Source: Eledone cirrhosa (Eukaryota). From it: a stretch of 64,000 bases of DNA. A program made the translations under genes and the position numbers. The notes below the pieces were generated by a model that did not search any database, was not told the DNA's origin, and worked only from the letters and a program-made list of their open reading frames with translations. Each line of letters starts with the position of its first letter. Within the stretch, counting starts at the first letter, position 1. The DNA lies in NCBI GenBank assembly GCA_964016885.1, contig OZ024741.1, positions 208,568,001 through 208,632,000 of the forward strand, read 5' to 3'. Shown in pieces: positions 1 through 14,270 of the stretch.

Positions 1-3000
1 ACCACCATCACCACTACAACCAACACCACCACTTCCCAGAACTACCCATCACCACTACAACCAGCACCACCACTTCCCAGAACAACCACCATCAGCACTA
101 CAACCAACACCACCACTACCAAGAACTACCACCATCACCACTACAACCAACACCACCACTCGCCAGAACAACCACCATCATCACTACTACCAACACCACC
201 ACTTCCCAGAACTACCACCATCACCACTACAACGAACACCACCACTTCCCAGGAATACCACCATCACCACTACAACCAACACCACCACTTCCCAGAACAA
301 CCACCATCATCACTACAACCAACACTACCACTACCCAGAACTACCACCATCACCACTACAACCAACACAAACACTACCCAGAACTACCACCATCACCACT
401 ACAACCAACACCACCACTTCCCAGAACTACCACCGTCATTACTACAACCAACACCACCACTACCCAGAACGACCACCATCATCACTACAACCAACACCAC
501 CACTACCCAGAACTACCACCATCACCACTACAACCAACACGACTACTTCCCAGAACTACCCCCATCACCACCACGACCAACACCACCACTTCCCAGAACT
601 ACCTCTATCACCACCACAACCGATACCACCAATTCCCAGAACTACCACCATCACCACTACAACCAACACAAACACTACCCAGAACTACCACCATCACCAC
701 TACAATCAACACCACCACTTCCCAGAACTACCACCATCATTACTACAACCAACACCACCACTACCCAGAACGACCACCATCATCACTACAACCAACACCA
801 CCACTACCCAGAACTACCACCATCACCACTACAACCAACACCACTACTTCCCAGAACTACTACCATCATCACTACAACCAACACCACCAGTTCTCAGAAC
901 TACCACCATCACCACTATAACCCACACCACAACTACCCAGAACTACCACCATCACCACTACCACCAACACCACCACTTCCCAGAACAACCCCATCACCAC
1001 TACAACCAACACAACCACATCCCAGAACTACCACCATCACCACTACAACCAACACCACCACTTCCCAGAACTACCCATCACCACTACAACCAGCACCACC
1101 ACTTCCCAGAACAACCACCATCATCACTACAACCAACACCACCACTTCCCAGAACTACCACCATCACCACTACAACCATCACGACCACTACCCAGAACTA
1201 CCACCATCACCACTACAACCAACAAAACCACTTCCCAGAACTACCACCATCACGACTACAACCAACACCACCACTTCCCAGAACTACCCATCACCACTAC
1301 AACCAGCACCACCACTTCCCAGAACTACCACCATCACCACTACAACCAACACCACCACTACCCAGAACTACCACCATCATCACTACAACCAACACCACCA
1401 CTTCCCAGAACTACCACCATCACCACTACAACCAACACCACCACCACCCGAACTACCACCATCACCACTACAACCAACACCACCACTACCCAGAACTACC
1501 ACCATCACCACTATAACCAACACCACCACTTCCCAGAAGTACCACCACCACCACTACAACCAACAACACCACATCCCAGAACTACCACCATCACTACTAC
1601 AACCAGCACCACCACTTCCCAGAACTACCACCATCATCACTACAGCCAACACCACCACTACCCAGAACTACTACCAACACCACTACAACCAACACCACCA
1701 CTTCCCAGAACAACCACCATCATCACTACAACCAACACCACCACTTCCCAGAACTACCACCATCATCACTACAACCAACACCACCACTACCCAGAACTAC
1801 CACCATCACCACTACAACCAACACCACAACTTCCCAGAACTACCACCATCACCACTACAACCAACACGACTACTACCCAGAACTACCCCCATCACCACTA
1901 CAACCACCACCACCACTTCCCAGAACTACAACCACCACTACTACAACCAACACCACCACTTCCCAGAACTACCACCATCACCACTACAACCAACACAACC
2001 ACTATCCAGAACTACCACCATCACCACTACAACCAACACCACCACTTCCCAGAACTACCCATCACCACTACAACTAGCACCACCACTTCCCAGAACAACC
2101 ACCATCATCACTACAACCAACACCACCACTACCAAGAACTACCACCATCACCACTACAACCAACACCAACACTCGCCAGAACAACCACCATCATCACTAC
2201 TACCAACACCACCACTTCCCAGAACTTCCACCATCACCACTACAACCAATACCACCACTTCCCAGAAATACCACCATCACCACTACAACCAACACCACCA
2301 CTTCCCAGAACTACCCATCACCACTACAACCAGCACCACCACTTCCCAGAACAACCACCATCACCACTACAACCAACACCACCACTTCCCAGAACAACCA
2401 CCATCACCACTACAACGAACACCACCACTTCCCAGGAATACCACCATCACCACTACAACCAACACCACCACTTCCCAGAACAACCACCATCATCACTACA
2501 ACCAACACCACCACTACCCAGAACTACCACCATCACCACTGCAACCAACACAAACACTACCCAGAACTACCACCATCACCAATACAACCAACACCACCAC
2601 TTCCCAGAACTACCACCATCATTACTACAACCAACACCACCACTACCCAGAACGACCACCATCATCACTACAACCAACACCACCACTACCCAGAACTACC
2701 ACCATCACCACTACAACCAACACAAACACTACCCAGAACTACCACCATCACCACTACAACCAACACCACTACTTCCCAGAACTACTACCATCATCACTAC
2801 AACCAACACCACCAGTTCTCAGAACTACCACCATCACCACTATAACCCACACCACAACTACCCAGAACTACCACCATCACCACTACAACCAACTCCACCA
2901 CTTCCCAGAACTACCCCCATCACCACCACGACCAACACCACCACTTCCCAGAACTACCTCTATCACCATCACAACCGATACCACCAGTTCCCAGAACTAC

Positions 3001-6000
3001 CACCATCACCACTACCACCAACACCACCACTTCCCAGAACAACCCCATCACCACTACAACCAACACCACCACATCCCAGAACTACCACCATCACCACTAC
3101 AACCAACACCACCACTTCCCAGAACTACCCATCACCACTACAACCAGCACCACCACTTCCCAGAACAACCACCATCATCACTACAACCAACACCACCACT
3201 TTCCAGAACTACCAACATCACCACTACAACCATCACGACCACTACCCAGAACTAAGACCATCACCACTACAACCAACAAAACCACTTCCCAGAACTACCA
3301 CCATCACCACTACAACCAACACCACCACCTTCCAGAACTACCCATCACCACTACAACCAGCACCACCACTTCCCAGAACAACCACCATCATCACTACAAC
3401 CAACACCACCACTACCAAGAACTACCACCATCACCACTACAACCAACACCACCACTCGCCAGAACAACCACCATCATCACTACAACCAACACCACCACTT
3501 CCCAGAACTACCACCATCACCACTACAACCATCACGACCACTACCCAGAACTACCACCATCACCACTACAACCAACAAAACCACTTCCCAGAACTACCAC
3601 CATCACCACTACAACCAACACCACCACTTCCCAGAACTACCCATCACCACTACAACCAGCAGCACCACTTCCCAGAACTACCACCATCACCACTACAACC
3701 AACAACACCACTTCCCAGAACTACCACCAACACCACTACAACCAACACCACCACTTCCCAGAACAACCACCATCATCACTACAACCAACACCACCACTTC
3801 CCAGAACTACCACCATCATCACTACAACCAACACGACCACTACCCAGAACTACCACCATCACCACTACAACCAACACCACAACTTCCCAGAACTACCACC
3901 ATCACCACTACAACCAACACGACTACTACCCAGAACTACCCCCATCACCACTACAACCACCACCACCACTTCCCAGAACTACAACCACCACTACTACAAC
4001 CAACACCACCACTTCCCAGAACTACCACCATCACCACTACAACCAACACAACCACTATCCAGAACTACCACCATCACCACTACAACCAACACCACCACTT
4101 CCCAGAACTACCCATCACCACTACAACTAGCACCACCACTTCCCAGAACAACCACCATCATCACTACAACCAACACCACCACTACCAAGAACTACCACCA
4201 TCACCACTACAACCAACACCAACACTCGCCAGAACAACCACCATCATCACTACTACCAACACCACCACTTCCCAGAACTTCCACCATCACCACTACAACC
4301 AATACCACCACTTCCCAGAAATACCACCATCACCACTACAACCAACACCACCACTTCCCAGAACTACCCATCACCACTACAACCAGCACCACCACTTCCC
4401 AGAACAACCACCATCACCACTACAACCAACACCACCACTTCCCAGAACAACCACCATCACCACTACAACGAACACCACCACTTCCCAGGAATACCACCAT
4501 CACCACTACAACCAACACCACCACTTCCCAGAACAACCACCATCATCACTACAACCAACACCACCACTACCCAGAACTACCACCATCACCACTGCAACCA
4601 ACACAAACACTACCCAGAACTACCACCATCACCAATACAACCAACACCACCACTTCCCAGAACTACCACCATCATTACTACAACCAACACCACCACTACC
4701 CAGAACGACCACCATCATCACTACAACCAACACCACCACTACCCAGAACTACCACCATCACCACTACAACCAACACAAACACTACCCAGAACTACCACCA
4801 TCACCACTACAACCAACACCACTACTTCCCAGAACTACTACCATCATCACTACAACCAACACCACCAGTTCTCAGAACTACCACCATCACCACTATAACC
4901 CACACCACAACTACCCAGAACTACCACCATCACCACTACAACCAACTCCACCACTTCCCAGAACTACCCCCATCACCACCACGACCAACACCACCACTTC
5001 CCAGAACTACCTCTATCACCATCACAACCGATACCACCAGTTCCCAGAACTACCACCATCACCACTACCACCAACACCACCACTTCCCAGAACAACCCCA
5101 TCACCACTACAACCAACACCACCACATCCCAGAAGTACCACCATCACCACTACAACCAACACCACCACTTCCCAGAACTACCCATCACCACTACAACCAG
5201 CACCACCACTTCCCAGAACAACCACCATCATCACTACAACCAACACCACCACTTTCCAGAACTACCAACATCACCACTACAACCATCACGACCACTACCC
5301 AGAACTAAGACCATCACCACTACAACCAACAAAACCACTTCCCAGAACTACCACCATCACCACTACAACCAACACCACCACCTTCCAGAACTACCCATCA
5401 CCACTACAACCAGCACCACCACTTCCCAGAACAACCACCATCATCACTACAACCAACACCACCACTACCAAGAACTACCACCATCACCACTACAACCAAC
5501 ACCACCACTCGCCAGAACAACCACCATCATCACTACAACCAACACCACCACTTCCCAGAACTACCACCATCACCACTACAACCATCACGACCACTACCCA
5601 GAACTACCACCATCACCACTACAACCAACAAAACCACTTCCCAGAACTACCACCATCACCACTACAACCAACACCACCACTTCCCAGAACTACCCATCAC
5701 CACTACAACCAGCAGCACCACTTCCCAGAACTACCACCATCACCACTACAACCAACACCACCACTACCCAGAACTACCACCATCGTCACTACAACCAACA
5801 CCACGACCACCCGAACTACCACCATCACCACTACAACCAACACCACCACTACCCAAAACTACCACCATCATCACTACAACCAACACCACCACTTCCCAGA
5901 ACTACCACCATCACCACTACAACCAACACCACCACCACCCGAACTACCAGCATCACCACTACAACCAACACCACCACTACCCAGAACTACCACCATAACC

Positions 6001-9000
6001 ACTATAACCAACACCACCACTTCCCAGAACTACCACCACCACCACCACTACAACCAACAACACCACTTCCCAGAACTACCACCATCACCACTACAACCAG
6101 CACCACCACTTCCCAGAACTACCACCATCATCACTACAGCCAACACCACCACTACCCAGAACTACTACCAACACCACTACAACCAACACCACCACTTCCC
6201 AGAACAACCACCATCATCACTACAACCAACACCACAACTTCCAGAACTACCACCATCACCACTACAACCAACACGACCACTATCCAGAACTACCACCATC
6301 ACCACTACAACCAACACCACCACTTCCAAGAACTACCAACATCACCACTACAACCAACACCACCACTTCCCAGAACTACCACCATCACCACTACAACCAA
6401 CACCACCACTTCCCAGAACTACCCATCACCACTACAACCAGCACCACCACTTCCCAGAACAACCACCATCAGCACTACAACCAACACCACCACTACCAAG
6501 AACTACCACCATCACCACTACAACCAACACCACCACTCGCCAGAACAACCACCATCATCACTACTACCAACACCACCACTTCCCAGAACTACCACCATCA
6601 CCACTACAACGAACACCACCACTTCCCAGGAATACCACCATCACCACTACAACCAACACCACCACTTCCCAGAACAACCACCATCATCACTACAACCAAC
6701 ACTACCACTACCCAGAACTACCACCATCACCACTACAACCAACACAAACACTACCCACAACTACCACCATCACCACTACAACCAACACCACCACTTCCCA
6801 GAACTACCACCGTCATTACTACAACCAACACCACCACTACCCAGAACGACCACCATCATCACTACAACCAACACCACCACTACCCAGAACTACCACCATC
6901 ACCACTACAACCAACACGACTACTTCCCAGAACTACCCCCATCACCACCACGACCAACACCACCACTTCCCAGAACTACCTCTATCACCACCACAACCGA
7001 TACCACCAATTCCCAGAACTACCACCATCACCACTACAACCAACACAAACACTACCCAGAACTACCACCATCACCACTACAATCAACACCACCACTTCCC
7101 AGAACTACCACCATCATTACTACAACCAACACCACCACTACCCAGAACGACCACCATCATCACTACAACCAACACCACCACTACCCAGAACTACCACCAT
7201 CACCACTACAACCAACACCACTACTTCCCAGAACTACTACCATCATCACTACAACCAACACCACCAGTTCTCAGAACTACCACCATCACCACTATAACCC
7301 ACACCACAACTACCCAGAACTACCACCATCACCACTACCACCAACACCACCACTTCCCAGAACAACCCCATCAACACTACAACCAACACAACCACATCCC
7401 AGAACTACCACCATCACCACTACAACCAACACCACCACTTCCCAGAACTACCCATCACCACTACAACCAGCACCACCACTTCCCAGAACAACCACCATCA
7501 TCACTACAACCAACACCACCACTTCCCAGAACTACCACCATCACCACTACAACCATCACGACCACTACCCAGAACTACCACCATCACCACTACAACCAAC
7601 AAAACCACTTCCCAGAACTACCACCATCACGACTACAACCAACACCACCACTTCCCAGAACTACCCATCACCACTACAACCAGCACCACCACTTCCCAGA
7701 ACTACCACCATCACCACTACAACCAACACCACCACTACCCAGAACTACCACCATCATCACTACAACCAACACCACCACTTCCCAGAACTACCACCATCAC
7801 CACTACAACCAACACCACCACCACCCGAACTACCACCATCACCACTACAACCAACACCACCACTACCCAGAACTACCACCATCACCACTATAACCAACAC
7901 CACCACTTCCCAGAAGTACCACCACCACCACTACAACCAACAACACCACATCCCAGAACTACCACCATCACTACTACAACCAGCACCACCACTTCCCAGA
8001 ACTACCACCATCATCACTACAGCCAACACCACCACTACCCAGAACTACTACCAACACCACTACAACCAACACCACCACTTCCCAGAACAACCACCATCAT
8101 CACTACAACCAACACCACCACTTCCCAGAACTACCACCATCATCACTACAACCAACACGACCACTACCCAGAACTACCACCATCACCACTACAACCAACA
8201 CCACAACTTCCCAGAACTACCACCATCACCACTACAACCAACACGACTACTACCCAGAACTACCCCCATCACCACTACAACCACCACCACCACTTCCCAG
8301 AACTACAACCACCACTACTACAACCAACACCACCACTTCCCAGAACTACCACCATCACCACTTCAACCAACACAACCACTATCCAGAACTACCACCATCA
8401 CCACTACAACCAACACCACCACTTCCCAGAACTACCCATCACCACTACAACTAGCACCACCACTTCCCAGAACAACCACCATCATCACTACAACCAACAC
8501 CACCACTACCAAGAACTACCACCATCACCACTACAACCAACACCAACACTCGCCAGAACAACCACCATCATCACTACTACCAACACCACCACTTCCCAGA
8601 ACTTCCACCATCACCACTACAACCAATACCACCACTTCCCAGAAATACCACCATCACCACTACAACCAACACCACCACTTCCCAGAACTACCCATCACCA
8701 CTACAACCAGCACCACCACTTCCCAGAACAACCACCATCACCACTACAACCAACACCACCACTTCCCAGAACAACCACCATCACCACTACAACGAACACC
8801 ACCACTTCCCAGGAATACCACCATCACCACTAGAACCAACACCACCACTTCCCAGAACAACCACCATCATCACTACAACCAACACCACCACTACCCAGAA
8901 CTACCACCATCACCACTGCAACCAACACAAACACTACCCAGAACTACCACCATCACCAATACAACCAACACCACCACTTCCCAGAACTACCACCATCATT

Positions 9001-9520
9001 ACTACAACCAACACCACCACTACCCAGAACGACCACCATCATCACTACAACCAACACCACCACTACCCAGAACTACCACCATCACCACTACAACCAACAC
9101 AAACACTACCCAGAACTACCACCATCACCACTACAACCAACACCACTACTTCCCAGAACTACTACCATCATCACTACAACCAACACCACCAGTTCTCAGA
9201 ACTACCACCATCACCACTATAACCCACACCACAACTACCCAGAACTACCACCATCACCACTACAACCAACACCACCACTTCCCAGAACTAGCCCCATCAC
9301 CACCACGACCAACACCACCACTTCCCAGAACTACCCATCACCACTACAACCAGCACCACCACTTCCCAGAACAACCACCATCATCACTACAACCAACACC
9401 ACCACTTTCCAGAACTACCAACATCACCACTACAACCATCACGACCACTACCCAGAACTAAGACCATCACCACTACAACCAACAAAACCACTTCCCAGAT
9501 CTACCACCATCACGACTACA
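1..9520. repeat. Duplication with 6377-bp offset (~1-3300 vs ~6378-9520)
   Basis: ATCAGCACTA 91/6468, CGTCATT 434/6811 and GAAGT 1536/7913 all have an offset of 6377. Confidence 0.9.
1673..5755. repeat. 2053-bp tandem duplication (~48 monomers)
   Basis: CAACTAG 2071/4124, ACTAAGA 3251/5304 and AGCAGC 3658/5711 all have an offset of 2053. The junction is near 3700. Confidence 0.92.
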
Positions 9521-9869
9521 ACCAACACCACCACTTCCCAGAACTACCCATCACCACTACAACCAACACCACCACTTCCCAGAACTAACACCATCACCAC
9601 TACAACCAACACCACCACTACCCAGAACTACCACCATCATCACTACAACCAACACCACGACCACCCGAACTACCACCATCACCACTACAACCAACACCAC
9701 CACTACCCAAAACTACCACCATCATCACTATAACCAACACCACCACTTCCCAGAACTACCACCATCACCACTACAACCAACACCACCACCACCAGAACTA
9801 CCACCATCACCACTACAACCAACACCACCACTAACCAGAACTACCACCATCACCACTATAACCAACACC

Positions 9870-12800
9870 ACCACTTCCCAGAACTACCACCACCACCACT
9901 ACAACCAACAACACCACTTCCCAGAACTACCACCATCACTACTACAACCAGCACCACCACTTCCCAGAACTACCACCATCATCACTACAGCCAACACCAC
10001 CACTACCCAGAACTACTACCAACACCACTACAACCAACACCACCACTTCCCAGAACAACCACCATCATCACTACAACCAACACCACCACTTCCCAGAACT
10101 ACCACCATCATCACTACAACCAACACGACCACTACCCAGAACTACCACCATCACCACTACAACCAACACCACAACTTCCCAGAACTACCACCATCACCAC
10201 TACAACCAACACGACCACTACCCAGAACTACCACCATCACCACTACAACCACCACCACCACTTCCCAGAACTACAACCACCACTACTACAACCAACACCA
10301 CCACTTCCCAGAACTACCACCATCACCACTACAACCAACACGACCACTATCCAGAACTACCACCATCACCACTACAACCAACACCACCACTTCCAAGAAC
10401 TACCAACATCACCACTACAACCAACACCACCACTTCCCAGAACTACCACCATCACCACTACAACCAACACCACCACTTCCCAGAACTACCCATCACCACT
10501 ACAACTAGCACCACCACTTCCCAGAACAACCACCATCATCACTACAACCAACACCACCACTGCCAAGAACTACCACCATCACCACTACAACCAACACCAC
10601 CACTCGCCAGAACAACCAACATCATCACTACTACCAACACCACCACTTCCCAGAACTACCACCATCACCACTACAACCAATACCACCACTTCCCAGAACT
10701 ACCACCATCACCACTACAACCAACACCACCACTTCCCAGAACTACCCATCACCACTACAACCAGCACCACCACTTCACAAAACAACCATCATCACCACTA
10801 CAACCAACACCACCAATTCCCAGAACAACCACCATCACCACTACAACCAACACCACCACTTCCCAGAACTACCCATCACCACTACAACCAGCACCACCAC
10901 TTCCCAGAACAACCATCATCACCACTACAACCAACACCACCACTTCCCAGAACTACCACCACCACCACTACAACGAACACCACCACTTCCCAGGAATACC
11001 ACCATCACCAGTACAACCAACACCACCACTTCCCAGAACAACCACCATCATCACTACAACCAACACTACCACTACCCAGAACTACCACCATCACCACTAC
11101 AACCAACACAAACACTACCCAGAACTACCACCATCACCACTACAACCAACACCACCACTTCCCAGAACTACCACCATCATTACTACAACCAACACCACCA
11201 CTACCCAGAACGACCACCATCACCACTATAACCAACACAAACACTACCCAGAACTACCACCATCACCACCACGACCAACACCACCACTCCCAGAACTACC
11301 TCTATCACCACCACAACCGATACCACCACTTCCCAGAACTACCACCATCACCACTACCACCAACACCACCACTTCCCAGAACAACCCCAACACCACTACA
11401 ACCAACACACACCACTTCCCAGAACTACCACCATCACCACTACAACCAACACCACCACTTCCCAGAACTACCACCATCACCACTACAACCAATACCACCA
11501 CTTCCCAGAACAACCCCATCACCACTAAAACCAACACCACCACTTCCCAGAACTACCACCATCACCACTACAACCAACACCACCACTTCCCAGAACTACC
11601 ACCATTACCACAACAACCAACACCACCACTTCCCAGAACTACCACCATCACCACTACAACCAACACCACCACAACCCAGAACTACTACCATCACCACTAC
11701 AACCAACACCACCACTACTCAGAACTACCACCATCACCACTATAACCAACACCACCACTACCCAGAACTACCACCATCACCACTACCCCCCCCCCCCCCC
11801 CATCACCACCACAACCAACATCACCACTTCCCAGAACTACCAACATCACCACTACAACCAACACCACAACTACCCAGAACTACCACCATCACCACTACCC
11901 CCCATCACCACTACAACCAACACCACCACTTCCCAGGACAACCACCATCATCACTACCCAGAACTACCACCCTCACCACTACAACCAACACCACCACTAC
12001 CCAGAACCACCACCATCACCACTACAACCAACACCACCACTTCCCAGAACTACCCCATCACCACTACAACCAACACCACCACTTCCTAGAACTACCACCA
12101 TCACCACTACAACCAACACCACCACTTCCCAGAACTACCACCACCACCACTACAACCAACAACACCACTTCCCAGAACTACCACCATCACTACTACAACC
12201 AGCACCACCACTTCCCAGAACTACCACCATCATCACTACAGCCAACACCACCACTACCCAGAACTACTACCAACACCACTACAACCAACACCACCACTTC
12301 CCAGAACAACCACCATCATCACTACAACCAACACCACCACTTCCCAGAACTACCACCATCATCACTACAACCAACACGACCACTACCCAGAACTACCACC
12401 ATCACCACTACAACCAACACCACAACTTCCCAGAACTACCACCATCACCACTACAACCAACACGACCACTACCCAGAACTACCACCATCACCACTACAAC
12501 CACCACCACCACTTCCCAGAACTACAACCACCACTACTACAACCAACACCACCACTTCCCAGAACTACCACCATCACCACTACAACCAACACGACCACTA
12601 TCCAGAACTACCACCATCACCACTACAACCAACACCACCACTTCCCAGAACTACCACCATCACCACTACAACCAACACCACCACTTCCCAGAACTACCCA
12701 TCACCACTACAACTAGCACCACCACTTCCCAGAACAACCACCATCATCACTACAACCAACACCACCACTGCCAAGAACTACCACCATCACCACTACAACA

Positions 12801-14270
12801 AACACCACCACTCGCCAGAACAACCAACATCATCACTACTACCAACACCACCACTTCCCAGAACTACCACCATCACCACTACAACCAATACCACCACTTC
12901 CCAGAACTACCACCATCACCACTACAACCAACACCACCACTTCCCAGAACTACCCATCACCACTACAACCAGCACAACCACTTCACAAAACAACCATCAT
13001 CACCACTACAACCAACACCACCAATTCCCAGAACAACCACCATCACCACTTCAACCAACACCACCACTTCCCAGACCTACCCATCACCACTACAACCAGC
13101 ACCACCACTTCCCAGAACAACCATCATCACCACTACAACCAACACCACCACTTCCCAGAACTACCACCACCACCACTACAACGAACACCACCACTTCCCA
13201 GGAATACCACCGTCATCACTACAACCAACACCACAACTTCCCAGAACAACCACCATCATCACTACAACCAACACTACCACTACCCAGAACTACCACCATC
13301 ACCACTACAACCAACACAAACACTACCCAGAACTACCACCATCACCACTACAACCAACACCACCACTTCCCAGAACTACCACCATCATTACTACAACCAA
13401 CACCACCACTACCCAGAACGACCACCATCACCACTACAACCAACACAAACACTACCCAGAACTACCACCATCACCACCACGACCAACACCACCACTCCCA
13501 GAACTACCTCTATCACCACCACAACCGATACCACCACTTCCCAGAACTACCACCATCACCACTACCACCAACACCACCACTTCCCAGAACAACCCCAACA
13601 CCACTACAACCAACACACACCACTTCCCAGAACTACCACCATCACCACTACAACCAACACCACCACTTCCCAGAACTACCACCATCACCACTACAACCAA
13701 TACCACCACTTCCCAGAACAACCCCATCACCACTACAACCAACACCACCACTTCCCAGAACTACCACCATCACCACTACAACCAACACCACCACTTCCCA
13801 GAACTACCACCATTACCACAACAACCAACACCACCACTTCCCAGAACTACCACCATCACCACTACAACCAACACCACCACAACCCAGAACTACCACCATC
13901 ACCACTACAACCAACACCACCACTACCCAGAACTACCAACATCACCACTACAACCAACACCACAACTACCCAGAACTACCACCATCACCACTACCCCCCA
14001 TCACCACCACAACCGACACCACCACTTCCCAGAACTACCACCATCACCACTACAACCAACACCACCACTTTCCAGGACAACCACCATCATCACTACAACC
14101 AACACCACCACTACCCAGAACTACCACCCTCACCACTACAACCAACACCACCACTACCCAGAACCACCACCATCACCACTACAACCAACACCACCACTTC
14201 CCAGAACTACCCCATCACCACTACAACCAACACCACCACTTCCTAGAACTACCACCATCACCACTACAAC
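9870..14270. repeat. ~2.2-kb tandem duplication, present only in copy A
   Basis: TGCCAAGAA 10561/12769, TTCACAAAA 10774/12982 and ORFs 11244/13452 have an offset of 2208. Copy B has each marker once (43183, ~43396, 43869). Confidence 0.9.
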
